Source: a virus (Duplodnaviria; Caudoviricetes). From it: a DNA stretch of 64,000 nucleotides. The stretch covers positions 32,001 through 96,000 of IMG/VR virus record IMGVR_UViG_2547132519_000001; one strand, given 5' to 3'. Position 1 is the stretch's first letter. Every line of letters begins with the position of its first letter. Shown piece by piece: positions 59,015-64,000 of this stretch. Made by a program: the position numbers and the translations under genes. The notes under the pieces were generated by a model. The model was not told the DNA's origin and made no database searches. It worked only from the letters and a program-made list of their open reading frames with translations.

Positions 59015-59290
59015 ATGAGCGACGTAGAGGTTTGGGAATTATTAAATAAGATGTCAAAGGAGAATCACCGAGAGCGGATGGCAAAGACGCCAGAAAGGAT
59101 AGAGTATTGTATTAAGCAGTTTGAAGATAATGGGATAGAATATAATCTACTCAATAAAGAGATAGGCCATTTTCATTGTCATAGAAAGAGCGATGGTAAG
59201 TTATATCAATTTTGGGCAGGAACAGGAAAAATCAGAGGATTAGAAAGTGTTAGAGGAATTAAGGAACTGATGAGAATTTTATTACAATGA
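59015..59290 (+). CDS. Hypothetical protein
   Basis: GGAGG SD before MSDVE; FWAGTGKI motif. Confidence 0.65.
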   Translation: MSDVEVWELLNKMSKENHRERMAKTPERIEYCIKQFEDNGIEYNLLNKEIGHFHCHRKSDGKLYQFWAGTGKIRGLESVRGIKELMRILLQ

Positions 59291-59350
59291 AAATACTATC
59301 CAGAGCATAATCACGTCTTTTAATTCTTAGAAGGAAGGAGAGCGATAATC

Positions 59351-59689
59351 ATGAGTGCAAAGAAGGATTGTTCATTAAGTGATGTAAAATTATTAAGGGA
59401 ATTGATTTTAGAAAACCCAGAACTTCCGTTAATTATTTTTTGTGGGGAAGATTCGTGGAGTGGAGAACATGCGTATGAACAAGTCAATGCTAGTAAAGGG
59501 GAAATTGAGAGTCTTATATTATATGGTGATACATGGTTGACAGAAGAAGACTATGCAGAAAAATTAACAGATGATTTAAGTGACGAAGAAGAATATAAAA
59601 ATTTATCAGATGAAGAATATAGAGAAATGATTGACAGAAAAGTATCGGCATCAGAATTTATAAAGGCCATTGTTATATGGATTGGGTAA
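59351..59689 (+). CDS. Hypothetical acidic protein
   Basis: ORF track, AAGGAG SD. Confidence 0.65.
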   Translation: MSAKKDCSLSDVKLLRELILENPELPLIIFCGEDSWSGEHAYEQVNASKGEIESLILYGDTWLTEEDYAEKLTDDLSDEEEYKNLSDEEYREMIDRKVSASEFIKAIVIWIG

Positions 59690-60264
59690 TTAAATTAGTA
59701 TTTTATTAGTAATAAAAATGAGAAAGGTGACAGTATGGACGAAAAATTTTATCAATCAATTATATCTGGAATTCAAGAAATGGAAGCATTAAAAGATGAC
59801 TATGAAAAGAAACAGGCACCTGGTGTGGTTTTGGAAGTATCAATAATATGATAAACCCTATGAAACGAGCAGTTTCCAGAGGAATGTATTCTGGAAAAGT
59901 CGAAGAACTTAGAGATCTGACGGCAATCATGGTTGAAGCACAGAAGCATAATAACTCGACAACCACAACCGCTATGGGGGAGCAGATTATTTACGAGTTG
60001 CTCGTTCAGTCAAACTGAGATTTGGTTTACCATTAAAAGGTTGTTTTTAATGATGAAGTACTTCGCAACATCTTGCGATAAACACAATAAACGGAATGTG
60101 TAAAGGAGAGAATGTGAAAGTTTTAAAAGTATTTGAGAAAACTCAACTAGAAGTGGGATAAGCATTAAATTTAATTACCAGTAACAATAATTAAAGATCA
60201 GGAAACAACAAATAAATTAGTAAATGAATCCTGTCAATGCTGATTTTAAATGAAAAGGAGAAAA

Positions 60265-60771
60265 ATGAAGAAGACGCTTATTGTAGTAGACATGCAAAAT
60301 GATTTTATTGATGGCTCTTTAGGAACTATTGAAGCACAGTCTATCGTGAAAAAAGTAAAAGATAAGATTACGGAATATCAAAATCGTGGAGATGAAATAA
60401 TTTTTACAAGAGACACTCACCTTTCTAATTATTTACATACTAATGAAGGAAAGCATCTTCCAATTGAACATTGTATTTTTGGAGAAAAGGGTTGGTTTAT
60501 TGCAGATGGATTAGAAGTTCCAAACTGTAAATATGTTGATAAATCTACGTTCGGATGGTGTTTCTGGAATAACATGAAATTCGATCAGGTAGAACTAATT
60601 GGTCTATGTACTGATATTTGCGTAGTCTCTAACGCTTTAATTCTTAAAGCGTCATTCCCTAATATTGAAATTACAGTAGATGCAAGTTGCTGTGCAGGAG
60701 CCACACCGGAAACCCATAAAGCCGCATTAGAAACCATGAAAATGTGTCAGATTAATGTGATTGGAGAATAA
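60265..60771 (+). CDS. pncA: Nicotinamidase / isochorismatase-family cysteine hydrolase
   Basis: VVDMQNDF, DTH, HC, DK, GLCTDICV catalytic motifs; NAD operon context. Confidence 0.85.
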   Translation: MKKTLIVVDMQNDFIDGSLGTIEAQSIVKKVKDKITEYQNRGDEIIFTRDTHLSNYLHTNEGKHLPIEHCIFGEKGWFIADGLEVPNCKYVDKSTFGWCFWNNMKFDQVELIGLCTDICVVSNALILKASFPNIEITVDASCCAGATPETHKAALETMKMCQINVIGE

Positions 60772-60772
60772 C

Positions 60773-61579
60773 ATGATAAAAATAGAAAGCTGCATTGTAG
60801 ATGTTAAGAAGTTTCCAGATGGGACATTACTGTTCAAGGAGGATATTCCAATTGATTTTCGGGATTATAGGGAGGCAACTCTTGAGTGGCTTTTTGAAAA
60901 CAACGAAGAATTGATTGTCCTTATTTATCTTGTAAAGCATCTAAAATCACATGGCCTGAATAGTTTATACCTTAAGATGCCATATATTCCTAATGCTAGG
61001 CAGGATAGGGTAAAAAATACAGAAGATGTATTTACACTAAAATACTTTGTAGAGATTATTAATTATCTGGATTTTGATTCTGTAACTGTTCTTGATCCTC
61101 ATTCAAACGTAAGCGAAGCTTTAATTAATAATATTATTGTCAACTCACCAGAAAAATTAATCTCTAAAGTAATTTCAAAAATAGGTGAAGATAATTTAAC
61201 AATGTTCTATCCTGACGAGGGAGCTATGAAAAGATATTCAACATTGTTTGATATACCTTATGCTTTTGGTATTAAGAAGCGAGATTGGGAAACAGGTAAA
61301 ATCAATGGATTAGACGTATCTGGAATGTTGGAGTTTATAAAAGGAAGAAAAGTTTTAATTGTAGATGATATTTCAAGTCGTGGAGGTACTTTCTATTACA
61401 GTGCAAAGAAACTAAAAGAATTAGGCGCAAAAGAAGTCTACTTGTATGTATCTCATTGCGAAAATACTATTCTTGAAGGAGATGTATTAACTAGTGGCTT
61501 GATTGAGAAAGTATATACAACAAATAGCATTTTTACAGAAAATCATGAAAAGATAGAGGTAATGAATTATGAACAATAA
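60773..61579 (+). CDS. prs: PRPP-synthetase-like protein (Adps-like)
   Basis: FPDG, PYIPNARQDR, DPHS, YPDEGA, VDDISSRGGTF. Confidence 0.85.
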   Translation: MIKIESCIVDVKKFPDGTLLFKEDIPIDFRDYREATLEWLFENNEELIVLIYLVKHLKSHGLNSLYLKMPYIPNARQDRVKNTEDVFTLKYFVEIINYLDFDSVTVLDPHSNVSEALINNIIVNSPEKLISKVISKIGEDNLTMFYPDEGAMKRYSTLFDIPYAFGIKKRDWETGKINGLDVSGMLEFIKGRKVLIVDDISSRGGTFYYSAKKLKELGAKEVYLYVSHCENTILEGDVLTSGLIEKVYTTNSIFTENHEKIEVMNYEQ

Positions 61580-63041
61580 AATCAACCCTATGTTATTGAT
61601 AGATTTCTATAAGGCAGTTCATAGTGATATGATTAACCCCAAGATGACCAAATCAGTGTCATATTATACTCCAAGAATGAGCAGAGTAGATAGGTGGGAT
61701 AAAGTAGTAATGTTTGGACTGCAAATGTTTTGCAAAACATGGCTTGTTGATTATTTTAATGATAATTTCTTCTATCTAAACAGGGAAGAAGTTATATCTG
61801 AATATGAAAGAGTATTGGACGCTTCTCTCGGTAAAGGAATTTACGATTCAATTAAAATTAGAGAGATACATAAGTTAGGGTATTTACCTATCGAAATTGT
61901 TGCTTTACCAGAAGGAACATTGGTGCCAATTCATGTTCCAATGTTCGGAATAACTAATACTCATCCGGGCTTTGCATGGCTTCCACAAGCCTTAGAGAGC
62001 TTGATTTCAGCTGAGATGTGGTATCCGCAAATTACTGCTACTGTTGGCAAGACGTACCGAGATATTGTCAATAAGTATTATAGTCTGACTTGTGATGATA
62101 ATATTCCAAGGGCAAAAGCATTGGGAGCATTTGATTTTAGAGGTGATATGTGTGTAGATGCTGCATTAAAAGCTGGTGCAGGTTGGTGCATGTCATTCTT
62201 AAATACGGCTACAGTTCCTGTCATTCCATATTTAGAGGATATGTTTAATTGCGATTGCACGAGTGAACCTGTCGCATTTGGGTCAGTTAGTACAGAACAT
62301 TTTGTGATGTGTAGTAACTATGCGATTGACGGTGATGAAATTACGTTCCTAAAGCGGTTACTAACAGAGTTGTATCCACATACTAGTTTTTCTTGTGTTC
62401 TTGATAGTTATGATTACTGGAATGTGATAGATAATATACTTCCACAATTATATGATGAAATTATGGATCATGATGGTTGTATGATGATGCGCGGAGATTC
62501 TGGTGATTGTGTTGATGTAGTTACAAAAACGGTATTTAAACTTTGGAATCTGTTTGGAGGGACTTTAAACAAAAAAGGATATAAAGTGCTTGATCCTCAT
62601 GTCAAAGCAATTTATGGGGATAGCATTACGATTCAGAGGTGCGAAGAAATATATAAGATTCTTATGGAGAATGGATTTGCTTGTAGCAATGTGGTTTTAG
62701 GAGTAGGATCTTTCTCTATGCACTGCATTGAAGAAAATAATATATTAAAACCTTTTACAAGAGACACGTTTAGTTCATGTATTAAAGCTTGTTATGCAGA
62801 GGTAGACGGTAAGTGCTATCCAGTGTTTAAAGACCCGAAAGATGGCGGATTTAAAAAAAGTCAAAAAGGAATATGCCATGTACATTTAAATGAAGATGGA
62901 GAATTAGTGTATAAGGATGAATATACAACTGAAAGTATCCCAGAAGGTAATTTATTGCAGACAGTCTTTAAAGATGGCGAACTTATTAAAGAGTATTCAC
63001 TTAAAGAAATTCGAGATATTTTGAATGGAGGAAAATTTTAA
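61569..63041 (+). CDS. Nicotinamide/nicotinate phosphoribosyltransferase-like protein (Nampt/Namat-like)
   Basis: DFYKAVH, FDFRG, STEH, DSYD, RGDSG, YGDSIT, KKSQKG. Confidence 0.9.
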   Translation: MNNKINPMLLIDFYKAVHSDMINPKMTKSVSYYTPRMSRVDRWDKVVMFGLQMFCKTWLVDYFNDNFFYLNREEVISEYERVLDASLGKGIYDSIKIREIHKLGYLPIEIVALPEGTLVPIHVPMFGITNTHPGFAWLPQALESLISAEMWYPQITATVGKTYRDIVNKYYSLTCDDNIPRAKALGAFDFRGDMCVDAALKAGAGWCMSFLNTATVPVIPYLEDMFNCDCTSEPVAFGSVSTEHFVMCSNYAIDGDEITFLKRLLTELYPHTSFSCVLDSYDYWNVIDNILPQLYDEIMDHDGCMMMRGDSGDCVDVVTKTVFKLWNLFGGTLNKKGYKVLDPHVKAIYGDSITIQRCEEIYKILMENGFACSNVVLGVGSFSMHCIEENNILKPFTRDTFSSCIKACYAEVDGKCYPVFKDPKDGGFKKSQKGICHVHLNEDGELVYKDEYTTESIPEGNLLQTVFKDGELIKEYSLKEIRDILNGGKF

Positions 63042-63778
63042 TGTTTGATGCAAAGAAAATAAAAAATGAGATAGTAGAGTGGATTAAAAAGTTCTTTGAA
63101 AAGAATGGCAATGGCTGTAACGCTGTTGTTGGAATTTCAGGCGGTAAAGATTCAAGTGTCGTTGCTGCATTGTGCGTAGAAGCCCTTGGAAAAGAACGGG
63201 TTATTGGAGTATTAATGCCAAACGGGGAGCAGAATGATATTGATATGGCAAAACTTCTAGTGAATACTTTAGATATTAAATACCACATTGTAAATATCCA
63301 CGATGCAGTTAAGGCCATAAAATATGAAGTGAAATCTAGTCTTAATGATCATTGGAGCATACAGTCATCAACGAACTTACCAGCTAGAATTAGAATGGCT
63401 ACATTATACGCAGTATCTCAAACCGTTAATGGACGTGTAGCTAATACTTGCAATCTTTCTGAAGATTGGGTCGGTTACGCAACCCGTTATGGAGATGCGG
63501 CTGGAGACTTTAGCCCATTGTCTGGATTAACAGTTTCTGAAGTAAAAGCTATTGGATATGAACTTGGTCTTCCAACTAGCCTTATTGAAAAAACTCCTAG
63601 TGATGGTCTTTGTGGTAAATCAGATGAAGATAATCTTGGTTTTACTTACGATGCTTTAGACAGATATATTCGTACAGGGGAAATTGACGATCAAGATGTA
63701 AAGGTCAGAATTGACAATATGCATTTAAAAAATAAGTTTAAATTGGAGCTTATGCCAAGTTATAAAATTATCAGTTAA
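63041..63778 (+). CDS. nadE: NH3-dependent NAD+ synthetase
   Basis: GISGGKDS, ARIRM, NLSE, GYATRYGD, PSDGL...DEDNLG. Confidence 0.95.
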   Translation: MFDAKKIKNEIVEWIKKFFEKNGNGCNAVVGISGGKDSSVVAALCVEALGKERVIGVLMPNGEQNDIDMAKLLVNTLDIKYHIVNIHDAVKAIKYEVKSSLNDHWSIQSSTNLPARIRMATLYAVSQTVNGRVANTCNLSEDWVGYATRYGDAAGDFSPLSGLTVSEVKAIGYELGLPTSLIEKTPSDGLCGKSDEDNLGFTYDALDRYIRTGEIDDQDVKVRIDNMHLKNKFKLELMPSYKIIS

Positions 63779-63824
63779 AACACGTCTTTCAATGGAGAAT
63801 ATATAAATGGAGGTGAAATGAATT

Positions 63825-64000
63825 ATGATTCAAGACGTATTAAAACTTATTGAGAAAAAAGAGAAATTGCAGATTCTGTTGGAGACTGTTGGTATTGAAT
63901 TAAAAGAGGCTGCCAATAATTTAGACCTTGATGCTTTAGAAAATTGCGACTATGAAACAATGAAGGGCTTGTATAATCAAGTTCAATATTTAATTGATGA
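63825..64000 (+). CDS. Hypothetical protein (partial)
   Basis: MIQDVLKLIEKK... open to window end; GGAGGTG SD. Confidence 0.55.
   Translation, partial: MIQDVLKLIEKKEKLQILLETVGIELKEAANNLDLDALENCDYETMKGLYNQVQYLID

Larger units (their letters stand above)
1..64000. mobile_element. Internal segment of a large SPbeta-like temperate phage/prophage
   Basis: Terminase-portal-protease-capsid-tail order, YonO-like RNAP, YonK/YonJ-like genes, tRNAs, many small ORFs; no att ends or host housekeeping genes in the window. Confidence 0.9.

Noticed and set aside
187-63318. Many opposite-strand ORFs in the track (e.g. 4018-4254, 5086-5550, 14023-14379, 47918-48313, 56471-56932, 63001-63318)
   Set aside because: Shadow frames of well-supported genes; no SD or recognisable motifs

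Overview
About 64 kb from inside a large SPbeta-like temperate phage, probably a prophage of a Lachnospiraceae/Clostridia host (inferred from the endolysin cell-wall repeats, Firmicutes LexA-like boxes and an IS66 insertion). The left arm (1-25.8 kb, minus strand) holds holins, tail, head, portal and terminase genes, an endolysin, a tyrosine recombinase, HU proteins, tRNA-Asn, a YonO-like single-subunit RNA polymerase and a wHTH protein. A control region with candidate small RNAs lies at 24.5-27.2 kb. The right arm (plus strand) holds about 45 tiny genes, an IS66-disrupted second tyrosine recombinase, HEPN, Xre and MazF genes, tRNA-Gln, a sigma/DUF262 fusion and a pncA-prs-nampt-nadE operon. 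Main observation: an 18-bp quasi-palindrome (about WTRAAA-N6-TTTYAW, variable 6-bp spacer) sits at more than 40 gene boundaries, usually overlapping the stop codon. It divides the accessory DNA into apparent gene cassettes that run up to the second recombinase, suggesting an integron-like cassette system in a phage. Second observation: the NAD operon resembles NARP1 with added deamidation and amidation enzymes. Product calls come from motif reading and synteny only; no searches were run.
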